Shown one piece after another: positions 45,892 through 54,865 of a stretch of 64,000 nucleotides of DNA (position 1 is its first letter; each line of letters starts with the position of its first letter). A program made the translations under genes and the position numbers. A model generated the notes under the pieces. That model was not told the origin of the DNA. It saw only the letters and a program-made list of their open reading frames with translations, and did not search any database. Location: positions 101,879 to 165,878 of the forward strand of contig OZ246394.1 in the NCBI GenBank assembly GCA_965230895.1, written 5' to 3'. Source of the DNA: an uncultured Gammaproteobacteria bacterium. Lineage in GTDB: Bacteria > Patescibacteriota > Microgenomatia > Levybacterales > UBA12049.

Positions 45892-46800
45892 TTATTTCTT
45901 CACATGATGGAGCTTGTGGAATGGGAATTTCCCTTCCGCTGCAAATATTCCGATAAAGACAAGGAGAGAACCAAATAAGAATGTTGGTGTAATTTGTTCC
46001 CCAAGCAGGGGGACCGCAACAACAAGTGTTGCGAGCGTTGCAATATAAAGAAAAATACCCGATTCATTGGCTTTTATATATTTTAATCCGTAAGAAAAGA
46101 GGAGATATGCAATCCCTGAAGAGAAGATAATGCCATAACTTAAACCGATAACTCCTTGATAATTAATATTTGTGAGGAAACCATACTGATATGTTTCAGA
46201 CAACGCCATTGGCAAGACAGCGATTGAACCAATGAGAAAACTCCAGAATGTTAGCCCTAATGGATGATATTTATCTACAATATTCTTTACAAGTAATGTA
46301 TGGGCCATTGCGGAAAGCGCTGCGAGGAGAAAGAAAAAATTCCCCACAAGGTAATTAGCTGACCCTTGTTCCAAGAGTGGGCGAAGTATAATCAAGAGAA
46401 CTCCCGCAAGGCTAATTAATGTACCAATAGCTGTCTTAAACTTAATTTTTTCATGAAGGAAAATGACAGCAAACAGCATCAGGAAAATAGGTGTTGTGGC
46501 ATCAATGACAGCGCCGTTGATACTTGGAGCAAGTTTCAGTCCCAAGAACCAGAATGTGACGGTTAAAGATACTCCCGTTAGTGAAAGGACAACAAGTTTG
46601 CCATAATCTTTCGTAGCAATATGTAATTTGTTGATAGCAAATGGAAGGATTAAAAGTGCAGCTATAAAGAATCGAAGAAAGAGAAATGTAAACGGCTGGA
46701 TATTTTCAAGAGCCCATTTATAGATAGGGAAAGCTGCTCCCCAAATAATATTCGTAAGCGTTAAGGCTATAATTGCCAAATGCACCTTGGACAGTTTCAT
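45892..46800 (-). CDS. EamA/DMT-family transporter (10 TM)
   Basis: Two EamA-like repeats. N-terminal IIALTLTNIIWGAAFPIYKWAL. 302 aa. Confidence 0.75.
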   Translation of the reverse strand: MKLSKVHLAIIALTLTNIIWGAAFPIYKWALENIQPFTFLFLRFFIAALLILPFAINKLHIATKDYGKLVVLSLTGVSLTVTFWFLGLKLAPSINGAVIDATTPIFLMLFAVIFLHEKIKFKTAIGTLISLAGVLLIILRPLLEQGSANYLVGNFFFLLAALSAMAHTLLVKNIVDKYHPLGLTFWSFLIGSIAVLPMALSETYQYGFLTNINYQGVIGLSYGIIFSSGIAYLLFSYGLKYIKANESGIFLYIATLATLVVAVPLLGEQITPTFLFGSLLVFIGIFAAEGKFPFHKLHHVKK

Positions 46801-46853
46801 AAATTTATAGATTCAATTTAAGTATATACCTGTAGAGTTCAATTGCGAAGAGC

Positions 46854-48065
46854 TTATTTAAGAATATTTATTACCTCATCCAGAGTAGCTTGCTTCTGTT
46901 CTCGCGTTTGCATGTTTTTGAAGTTAAGGATATTCTTTTCTGCTTCTTCAGGACCTATGACGATAATATAAGGAATATTCTTTTGTAAGGCGTATTTTAA
47001 TTGTTTTTCCAAAGGATTTTTTTCTTTGATTTCCCCGAGATAGACTTCAGCATTGATATGATTTCGACGCAATTGTGCTGTTACTTCAATTGATTTTGTT
47101 TTGAGTTCATCCGAAAAAATAGTAGTGAGAACTTTGGCTTTTGCTTGCTCAACTTCCTCAGGGAAGAGGTTTAATTCTGTCATTGCTTCAATAATCCGAT
47201 CAAATCCAAATGCTACTCCTACTGCTGGAACTTGCTGGCCAGTAAATGATCCGAGGAGTTTATCATATCTTCCGCCTCCCGCAACAGATCCAGAAGCATA
47301 TGATGGAATTTCAACTTCAACGATCATGCCGGTATAATAATCTAAACCTCGAGCAAGGGTTGGCTCAAAGAAAATATTGTTCTCATTTACTCCGAGTAAT
47401 TTTGCATTATCAATAATTTCCATAGTGCTTTCTGTCATTGTGGCATTCTGTATTAATTCCAGATCCTTCCGTGCAAAACCTTTTTCTTCCAATTCCTTAA
47501 CAACGCCTTCAACTCCAACTTTCTTTAACTTATCAATTGAGATAATTGCATCAATAGGTAAATTACCAAAAACACTTCGGTCGTTGATAAGAATTCGATA
47601 ATCTTTAAAGCCGAGTGTTTCAAGTGATTGAGCGATCACCGCAATGATTTCTGAATCAACAGTAAGTGAGGTTGCGCCTACAGTATCGATATCGCATTGG
47701 AGAAATTCTCGATATCGGCCCTTTTGAGGTTTGTCTGCGCGCCATACAGGTTGAATTTGATATCGTTTGAACGGAGTAGGGAATTCGTCCTGATATTGTG
47801 CTACCACGCGTGCCAATGGAACGGTCTGATCATATCGCATTGCAACCCGACGTTTCCCGTTATCTTCAAAACGATACATTAACTTTTCGCCTTCCTCGCC
47901 ATATTTACCAGCAAGAACTTCTTCGTACTCGAGAGTAGGGGTTTCTAATGGTTCAAAACCAAATGATTCAAAAATGCGTCTTAGCTTATCAATAACATAT
48001 TGACGTTTTTTTGCTTCTTGCGGTAAGAAGTCTCGGAAACCTTTTAATGTTTGTGTCTTTATCAT
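46854..48065 (-). CDS. hisS: histidyl-tRNA synthetase
   Basis: Class II aaRS motif 1 region (FRDFLPQEA...). HisRS-specific GGGRYDKL. C-terminal anticodon-binding domain. 403 aa. Confidence 0.85.
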   Translation of the reverse strand: MIKTQTLKGFRDFLPQEAKKRQYVIDKLRRIFESFGFEPLETPTLEYEEVLAGKYGEEGEKLMYRFEDNGKRRVAMRYDQTVPLARVVAQYQDEFPTPFKRYQIQPVWRADKPQKGRYREFLQCDIDTVGATSLTVDSEIIAVIAQSLETLGFKDYRILINDRSVFGNLPIDAIISIDKLKKVGVEGVVKELEEKGFARKDLELIQNATMTESTMEIIDNAKLLGVNENNIFFEPTLARGLDYYTGMIVEVEIPSYASGSVAGGGRYDKLLGSFTGQQVPAVGVAFGFDRIIEAMTELNLFPEEVEQAKAKVLTTIFSDELKTKSIEVTAQLRRNHINAEVYLGEIKEKNPLEKQLKYALQKNIPYIIVIGPEEAEKNILNFKNMQTREQKQATLDEVINILK

Positions 48066-48110
48066 GGCTTTATAATACCATATTGTTGAGGATTTACGAA
48101 CTGATGATTA

Positions 48111-49385
48111 CTATCTTTGTCCAGCTTTTGCAGCCATTTTAGTTCCAGCAATCGTTGCCACACTTGGCGCCGCAACAACTGCCGCAGCCGCAGCTGTTGC
48201 GGCTAGAAGGGCTACACCAAGAGCTTTCAAAAGAGTCTTAAGGAATCCTAATCTCTTTTTTTCATTTTCATCTCCATCCTTTTCAGCTTGTGCCATCTTG
48301 TCATCCAGTGAATCCGCCATTGCATTAGCAGCTGCGGCTGCACCTTCTGGGCCTGCGATATTTGCATTTACATTTGCGGCTTCAAGAACTGTTTTTACAT
48401 CTTCCACATACGCAGGATTTTCTGCTATTGTATCAAGCACAGATTTAAAATCTGTTCCAAGATCAGCTAATTCTTTTACATTCTCAGCTAATCGTTTCGT
48501 TGCTTGCTGTTCTGGCGTCAATTCAGAATCCGCCTTATTCTCAGTATCCGCAACTTCCTGGGCAATTTGTTCTGCTTCTGCATTTACTGTCGCAGGAGTA
48601 GCTTCTGGAGGAGGAGCAGAGTTATTTGTTGCTTCAACTGTTGCCCCTTGAGCTCTTTCATCAGCTGATGGTTCTTTGTATTGAGCTTGACCTTCCCAGT
48701 CTTTCCAATCTTTTTTCACTTGCTCAGCAGTTGCTTGTTCTCCTGTTTGGGGCGCTGGTGGTGTTTGCTCCGGTGCTTGAGGTGCTGTTGGTTGCGCCTG
48801 CTCTGCGGTTTGATTAGTTTGAGGTGCGGTGTCAGCTTGTTGCTTGAGCATATCCTCTGCGCCTTGAGATACTTGCTTTTCCATATCACTTAACGCCTTT
48901 TTGGCTGCTTCATTTCCACCATCTGCAAGGGCCTTGAGCTCTTCTGGAGTTTTGTTCATCATGTCATTGATTTGGTCTTGTTGAGCATCCAAGTTCTGAT
49001 TCTCTTGCGCAGGGGGTTGGTCACCTGGTTGCTCTGATCCTGACTCAGGCGGATTTGGATTTTCTACAGCTGGATTTGTTCCTTCTGGGGTAGTTTGTGC
49101 TGCACCTTGTTCCTTTTGCATCGTATCAACTAAATTATCACCTTGATTTAATTCATTTGCGAAATTTTTGACAGTATCTTCAATGTCTTGAGGGGTTTTT
49201 GCTGAATCTACAGTATTCTGTAAGTTTTCAGCTGCAGCAGATCCTGCATTTTGATTCTCTTGTCCGGCTGGATTTGTCGCTGGTGAGCCAGCTTCTACTT
49301 GTGGAGCAGCAGATGATTCAGGTTTTGAAACCGGAGGTGGAGTTGCTTCTGGTGTTGGTTGTGGCCCTGATGGCGCTTCAGCCAT
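48111..49385 (-). CDS. intrinsically disordered Ala/Gln/Pro/Glu-rich protein with C-terminal TM anchor
   Basis: About 390 aa of low-complexity sequence, then LGVALLAATAAAAAVVAAPSVATIAG. GC-richer than its surroundings. Translationally coupled (8-bp overlap) to the upstream 113-aa ORF. Confidence 0.5.
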   Translation of the reverse strand: MAEAPSGPQPTPEATPPPVSKPESSAAPQVEAGSPATNPAGQENQNAGSAAAENLQNTVDSAKTPQDIEDTVKNFANELNQGDNLVDTMQKEQGAAQTTPEGTNPAVENPNPPESGSEQPGDQPPAQENQNLDAQQDQINDMMNKTPEELKALADGGNEAAKKALSDMEKQVSQGAEDMLKQQADTAPQTNQTAEQAQPTAPQAPEQTPPAPQTGEQATAEQVKKDWKDWEGQAQYKEPSADERAQGATVEATNNSAPPPEATPATVNAEAEQIAQEVADTENKADSELTPEQQATKRLAENVKELADLGTDFKSVLDTIAENPAYVEDVKTVLEAANVNANIAGPEGAAAAANAMADSLDDKMAQAEKDGDENEKKRLGFLKTLLKALGVALLAATAAAAAVVAAPSVATIAGTKMAAKAGQR

Positions 49386-49719
49386 TGACTGGTACTCCTT
49401 TCGCTACATTTAATGCATGCTCTATATTTCCATTTTGGATATGTTGGCTCATAAGTTCAAGTTTCTTCAGTCGATCTTCTTCTTCATATGGTTTTGCGTA
49501 CTTCAAATACATTGCCTTTGCTTCAACATGTTCCTGGCTAAATTTATAAAGCTTATCTAAAAGATCTTTTTTATCTTGAAGAGGTAAGAGTGCCAAGAAT
49601 TCCTGCGCCATTGCTCGACCTTGTTCTTCAGTGATACGGTTTTCCTTGAGGTTTGAGATGATTGCATCAAGAAGATCTTTTTCTACATCTGTAGTGAGGG
49701 TCTGCATTGATTGATCCAT
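49378..49719 (-). CDS. hypothetical helical protein (113 aa)
   Basis: Clean ORF. No motif recognised. Confidence 0.4.
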   Translation of the reverse strand: MDQSMQTLTTDVEKDLLDAIISNLKENRITEEQGRAMAQEFLALLPLQDKKDLLDKLYKFSQEHVEAKAMYLKYAKPYEEEDRLKKLELMSQHIQNGNIEHALNVAKGVPVNG

Positions 49720-49746
49720 ACTTCTACTATAAGGAAAGTTTGCAGC

Positions 49747-50853
49747 TTATGCAAGCGGATTATATATTGAAATTAAGCTATTCTTTGAATGGGTTAACTT
49801 TATCAACTTATTGTTTTTGATAGTAAAAAGATCTTCTATTCGTACGCCGACCTCATCGGGTAGGTAAATTCCTGGTTCAATTGAAAAAACCATTCCATTT
49901 TTAAATGTATTCTTCGAATTTGGTGCAATTCTAATACCCTCGTGTACCTCTAATCCAATACCGTGACCAAGCGTGTGGGGGATTGAAGGGTAGCTCTGTG
50001 CAAGTATATATTCACGTGCTATCGCATCGATGTCTTTTACCGCAATTGCTGTTGGCATATCTGTCTGCAACTTCTTTTCTAATTCATCAATTGCAAGTTG
50101 TTGAGCTTCTTTAACAGTTTTGTAAATGTGCTCGTGTCTTTTATCAGGTTTTCCAAAAAAAATAGTTCTTGTCATGTCAGAGCAATAATTTTCAAAACGG
50201 ACGCCGTAATCTAAAAGGACAACCATATTTCTTTCTAACGTAGTATTGCCTGATAAGTGATGGGGAACCGCTGCATTTGTTCCAAAGGCTGCAATTGTTC
50301 TAAAAGAAATATCATATCCTACATTTTTAATGAATAATTCTAATTTATTTGCAAGTTCTATCTCACTTATTCCTTCTATCAACTGTGTTTGAATATAGGT
50401 AAAGGCTTTATCGCCAATAGCACAAGCTTGTTGAATCTTTTCGAGCTCATCTTCAGATTTTTCTTCACGTAATGTGTCTAATGTAATAGCGTTAAATACG
50501 ATGTCATCTGATGGAAAAGTTTTGTATTCAGCTACGGTTATATTATCTTCTTCGTAACCACAATCTTTGACCTTTTCAGACTTTATAATTTTTCCAAGAA
50601 TATCTTTCAGCAAATTATTGCGTGATGATTCGATCGCTTTAACATGTTTTATTTGTTTTGCTGCAGTAATATAAAGCGCATTTGTGATAAGGTAGGCATT
50701 CTTTTTTGTTACAAAAAGATATGCATCACGTTCTTCTGAAGAAAATCCTTGATACCCAGTTAAGTAAATAATATTTGGAACTGAAGATATGAGTACGGCA
50801 TCGAAAGATTGTTTAATAAAGAGTTTGCGGAGGTTTTCTAGACGAGAATCCAT
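49747..50853 (-). CDS. pepP: Xaa-Pro aminopeptidase/prolidase (M24B, with creatinase-like N-domain)
   Basis: Metal-ligand context: HGIGLEVHE, the FSIEPGIY region, and an Asp pair in DYGVRFENYCSDMTR. 368 aa. Confidence 0.8.
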   Translation of the reverse strand: MDSRLENLRKLFIKQSFDAVLISSVPNIIYLTGYQGFSSEERDAYLFVTKKNAYLITNALYITAAKQIKHVKAIESSRNNLLKDILGKIIKSEKVKDCGYEEDNITVAEYKTFPSDDIVFNAITLDTLREEKSEDELEKIQQACAIGDKAFTYIQTQLIEGISEIELANKLELFIKNVGYDISFRTIAAFGTNAAVPHHLSGNTTLERNMVVLLDYGVRFENYCSDMTRTIFFGKPDKRHEHIYKTVKEAQQLAIDELEKKLQTDMPTAIAVKDIDAIAREYILAQSYPSIPHTLGHGIGLEVHEGIRIAPNSKNTFKNGMVFSIEPGIYLPDEVGVRIEDLFTIKNNKLIKLTHSKNSLISIYNPLA

Positions 50854-50855
50854 GT

Positions 50856-51629
50856 TTAACGAGTTGTTCGAACTGTAGGAGTTGGGGAAGTCGTCGTTGT
50901 TGCTGCAGAACTGGCTGTTGCAGCTGAGACATTAATTCGAGGATCTTTAGGAATTCCGATAAAGTCTACAAGTCTACTTGCAGCAATGACAGTTGCATCA
51001 GTTCGGCTAGCTGATCCCGCAAATGAAATTCTATCGCCAACTGCTATCTTTGAAAATCCATATTTAACCAAACCATCTTCAGGAGTATATGAAGAGAGCT
51101 TGGTTGTTGTTGCGATATCTACCTTTACTTCTTTTTGTTCCGGAGTCATTACTGTTAACTGGAAACCCTTTGCGTCAATTGCTGTTACAGCGCCACTATA
51201 AATGGTTGGAGTTGCGTAAGTATTGATATATCGAGCTAAGAGTCTTTTCGATTGTTTATTATAAATTCCTAAAACACTTATTTTTGTACCTTTCGTAATA
51301 TCTGAAATGCCGAAGTTTTTATTACCAGTTGATGCAAACTTTGTAATCTCATCCACATCAACAAAGCGGTTATTTCCTTCATTGTCTGTTAACGTGATTT
51401 GATTGCTTTTTACCTCTGCAACAGTTCCTATCAATCCTCGCTTCTCAACAAGATTTAACTCAGAAACTCTTGAAGCAATTTTTTCTTTCAATTGATTGAT
51501 CTGATTATCAAGCTTTTCTTTCACAGCTGCGTCGGTAGTAGTTGGAGCGGGTGTTGCGGTCGTTGCATATGCTTGTCCTGCTGAGAGGCCAAAGAAAACA
51601 ACTGTACTGATTATTAATGCTTTTTTCAT
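50856..51629 (-). CDS. secreted protein (signal peptide), unknown function
   Basis: N-terminal MKKALIISTVVFFGLSAGQAYA. Thr/Ala-rich C-terminal tail. Confidence 0.45.
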   Translation of the reverse strand: MKKALIISTVVFFGLSAGQAYATTATPAPTTTDAAVKEKLDNQINQLKEKIASRVSELNLVEKRGLIGTVAEVKSNQITLTDNEGNNRFVDVDEITKFASTGNKNFGISDITKGTKISVLGIYNKQSKRLLARYINTYATPTIYSGAVTAIDAKGFQLTVMTPEQKEVKVDIATTTKLSSYTPEDGLVKYGFSKIAVGDRISFAGSASRTDATVIAASRLVDFIGIPKDPRINVSAATASSAATTTTSPTPTVRTTR

Positions 51630-51633
51630 AAAC

Positions 51634-52077
51634 TTAGAAACTTTCTGTTGAATAGGTCACTGTGCGTGAAATTCTTTTTTCCTGTCCATCAGGAAAAATA
51701 GCGGAAACTTGTAATACACTTGTACCATCCGGGATAGCTTGTGTCAAGGTAAAATCACCATTATCAGCTGGCTTTACGACTTGGTCTGTTTCATCCGTTG
51801 AGATTGTTACTGTTGCTCCTTTGACAGCCTTACCTTTAATAGTAATGATTTGCTTATCAAAAACTTGTTCGTCAGTTGGTGTATCAAGAGAAAGGACATT
51901 TGTATCTGGCTGGGTAGGCGATGGTACTACTTTTTGTTGCTGATCATTTATTGTTACTGGAGCTGATTCCTCGGGCGGGAGGGTTCGAGTTGTTTGATAA
52001 ATATAGAAAGCAAATCCTGCAGCAACTAAACCGACAAAGACGGCAACAAATGATAATATGACTTTTTCAGCTTTCAT
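51634..52077 (-). CDS. membrane-anchored Ig-like (Big-like) domain protein
   Basis: N-terminal TM. Beta-sandwich-like TVTISTDETDQVV...FTLTQAIPDGTSVLQVSAIF. Confidence 0.4.
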   Translation of the reverse strand: MKAEKVILSFVAVFVGLVAAGFAFYIYQTTRTLPPEESAPVTINDQQQKVVPSPTQPDTNVLSLDTPTDEQVFDKQIITIKGKAVKGATVTISTDETDQVVKPADNGDFTLTQAIPDGTSVLQVSAIFPDGQEKRISRTVTYSTESF

Positions 52078-52249
52078 GGGGGCGGGCCTGCCTGTCGGCA
52101 GACAGGTAACTCAGGTTATGATACGATAAATGATATATCTTGTCAAGAAATTCGCGAAGCTAGTTTACCTTGATTTGACAGGATAAGTCATGGATGAGCT
52201 GATAATTGGTCTTTGCAAAATTCAAGTGACATGATATAGTATCATTTAC

Positions 52250-52756
52250 ATGGAAATTGCTCTACTAAATAAATCTGCTTTACGAATTAAAGGAAAATTC
52301 GTTACCTTCGTTGTGAATCCTCTTGATGCAACTACTGCCAATGCAGCGTTTCTTCTTGATGATTCAATTGAAGATGTACAGACAGAAGAATCAGTTATTG
52401 TACGAGGTCCAGGAGATTATGAAATTGGAGGCGTTAAGATTGTTGGCACACGTGGAAATAAGGGTATTGTTTATAGCATGAATATTGATGGAATGGATGT
52501 ACTTGTAGGGAAAATTGGAACACTTTCAGCTATGCAGCATAAGTTGAAAGAGCATAATATTGTCATCGGGCTCTGTAGTGAGCAACTTGATGCGGCGTTT
52601 TTGACTTCTCTCACAACAAATGTTGTCGTTTTCTATGGAGAAAAAGCAGCAGAAGATGCACAAGGATTTGAAAAAGAGAAAGTTCAACAAATGAACAAAT
52701 ATTCTGTCGCCCTCGGTAAGTTACCAACGGAAGTAGAAACAATACTGCTTGCTTAA
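52250..52756 (+). CDS. hypothetical protein upstream of dnaB
   Basis: 168 aa. No motif recognised; not L9-like. Confidence 0.4.
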   Translation: MEIALLNKSALRIKGKFVTFVVNPLDATTANAAFLLDDSIEDVQTEESVIVRGPGDYEIGGVKIVGTRGNKGIVYSMNIDGMDVLVGKIGTLSAMQHKLKEHNIVIGLCSEQLDAAFLTSLTTNVVVFYGEKAAEDAQGFEKEKVQQMNKYSVALGKLPTEVETILLA

Positions 52757-52792
52757 ATTTCCAATCGCTAGTAATATAAATTTCACCTCGTT

Positions 52793-54127
52793 ATGGCAAT
52801 TAAAGTTTTACCTCACAATGAAGAAGCTGAGCAAAGTGTTTTAGGTGCGATTCTTATCGATAAAAATGCGATTGTTCCAGTATCTGAAGTTCTTCGAACA
52901 GAAGATTTCTACAGCGATATCAATGGAATGATTTATAGTGCGATGTTAATCTTATATGAAGCTCGTCGTCCAATTGATCTGCTAACCCTCACAGAGCAAC
53001 TTAAAAAGAATAAGGATCTTAAAAAAATTGATTCCGCATATTTAACTGATTTGGTTGAAAAAGTTCCAACCGCTGCAAACGTGAAGCATTATGCAGATAT
53101 CGTCAAAGAAGAAGCTACAAAACGGTTTCTCATTACAGCTGGAACTGAAATTGCTGAAATGGGATATACAGAAAATAGTGAAGTCAAAGAGATTTTAGAT
53201 AAAGCAGAATCTTCAATCTTTTCAATTTCTCAAGGACATATGACACGAGGTTTTCTGCCAATCAAAGATACACTCGCGGATAGTTTTGATCGTATTGATG
53301 AACTACAGAAAGTGGGAAGTGGACTCCGTGGAGTAAGAACTGGTTTTACAGATTTAGATAATCTTCTTTCTGGAATGCAAAAGAATAACTTGATTATCCT
53401 TGCAGCCCGTCCAGGACAAGGTAAAACTGCTTTCATGTTAAATATCGCGCAGAATGTAGCGGTGCGAGACAAAAAGGCTGTCGGTATCTTCTCTCTTGAA
53501 ATGAGTAAAGAGGAATTGGTTGACCGTATGCTCGTCGGGCAAGCTGATGTTGATGCATGGCGCTTGAAGACAGGTAAATTGTCTGAAGAAGACTTTAGCA
53601 AAATCTCAGATGCAATGGGACAATTGGCTGAAGCGCCAATTTATATTGATGATACACCAGGTATTAATTTGGTAGAAATGCGAAGTAAAGCTCGCCGATT
53701 ACAAATGGAGCATGATCTTTCATTGCTCGTTGTCGACTATCTTCAATTGATTGACCCAGGCAAAAAGTATGACAATCGTGTACAGGAAGTAGCTATGATT
53801 TCTTCTGCACTGAAGAATCTTGCCCGTGAATTGGGGATTCCGGTGCTTTCCGCTTCACAGCTTTCCCGTGCGGTTGAGCACAGAACAGGGGACAAAAGAC
53901 CACAACTTGCTGACCTTCGTGAATCCGGTACGATTGAACAGGACGCTGACGTTGTTATGTTTATTTATAGACCAGAGGTAGAAGTAGTAACACCGATGAT
54001 TCCTGTAAAAGTTTTGGTCGCGAAACATAGAAACGGTGCGACAGGTGATGTAGATCTTATGTTCCAAGGCAACAGAGTCCGATTCATGAATCTAGAAAAA
54101 GCCCACACAGATCCACATGGTGCGTAA
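52793..54127 (+). CDS. dnaB: replicative DNA helicase DnaB
   Basis: N-terminal EAEQSVLGAIL. Walker A ARPGQGKTAF. RecA-like H2/H3/H4 motifs (LLVVDYLQL, SQLSR). Confidence 0.9.
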   Translation: MAIKVLPHNEEAEQSVLGAILIDKNAIVPVSEVLRTEDFYSDINGMIYSAMLILYEARRPIDLLTLTEQLKKNKDLKKIDSAYLTDLVEKVPTAANVKHYADIVKEEATKRFLITAGTEIAEMGYTENSEVKEILDKAESSIFSISQGHMTRGFLPIKDTLADSFDRIDELQKVGSGLRGVRTGFTDLDNLLSGMQKNNLIILAARPGQGKTAFMLNIAQNVAVRDKKAVGIFSLEMSKEELVDRMLVGQADVDAWRLKTGKLSEEDFSKISDAMGQLAEAPIYIDDTPGINLVEMRSKARRLQMEHDLSLLVVDYLQLIDPGKKYDNRVQEVAMISSALKNLARELGIPVLSASQLSRAVEHRTGDKRPQLADLRESGTIEQDADVVMFIYRPEVEVVTPMIPVKVLVAKHRNGATGDVDLMFQGNRVRFMNLEKAHTDPHGA

Positions 54128-54129
54128 TA

Positions 54130-54777
54130 CTACTTTTCAGATTGAGGCTGCGATGCTTGATGCAACTCTTCATATCTTGAAACTACTTGTTCTAATTGTT
54201 CGACTTCTGTACGTCCTTCATCACAAATAACGTCCTTGAAACCTGGAATCATATCTACTCCTGCTTTCATTCTTCTTAACGTTTCTACATCTTCGTTGGC
54301 TAACGAATTTTCATTTTTCTCTTCTCTTCGCAAGATGGTTCTTAATCTTGCTCGTGCTCTCATTTGGTCGTTAAATTCATCAACTATTTCGTATGGATCT
54401 TCAATTGTCTTTGACCCATCAAGCGACTTATAGACAGGTTCTCCTTGGTTTATCACAATCGCTAATCCTGGCTCCATATTTCCGCTCATCATTTCCTGCA
54501 TATGCATTGCTGTATCCATTCCTGCTTGAAATCCTGATGTAAATGCTTCTTGAAGCTCTCCACGTCTCTGTCTTCTTCTTGCAAGATAATCATTTGTCAT
54601 GAGCGCTCCAGTTGTAACAGCGCATACTGTTGCACTAATTTTATCTCCATCGTTATATGCAGCACCTGTCATGCCTGCGGTAGCAACTGTCCCAAGATTT
54701 CTCTTTTGGTCGACTACGCATTCACTGGCACGGAAAGTGCCTCTTAAAATTTTCCCTCGAATGTCTCTTTCTTTCAT
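54130..54777 (-). CDS. hypothetical protein (GC-richer, Arg/Glu-rich), convergent with dnaB
   Basis: 215 aa. No motif recognised. Confidence 0.35.
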   Translation of the reverse strand: MKERDIRGKILRGTFRASECVVDQKRNLGTVATAGMTGAAYNDGDKISATVCAVTTGALMTNDYLARRRQRRGELQEAFTSGFQAGMDTAMHMQEMMSGNMEPGLAIVINQGEPVYKSLDGSKTIEDPYEIVDEFNDQMRARARLRTILRREEKNENSLANEDVETLRRMKAGVDMIPGFKDVICDEGRTEVEQLEQVVSRYEELHQASQPQSEK

Positions 54778-54865
54778 AAATTGGGATTATAATATCTTAT
54801 AATATTAAAGTCAATGCACGTCCGAGCTAAACATTTCATTTTGTCTCTGCTAAAATAAACATGTT

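Noticed and set aside
52250-52756. Gene upstream of dnaB as ribosomal protein L9 (rplI), as in the common rpsF-ssb-rpsR-rplI-dnaB arrangement
   Set aside because: The sequence lacks the L9 N-terminal motif (MKVILL.DV..LGK.G..V.V..GYARNFL). It is also ~14 kb from rpsR here, so it is left as hypothetical.
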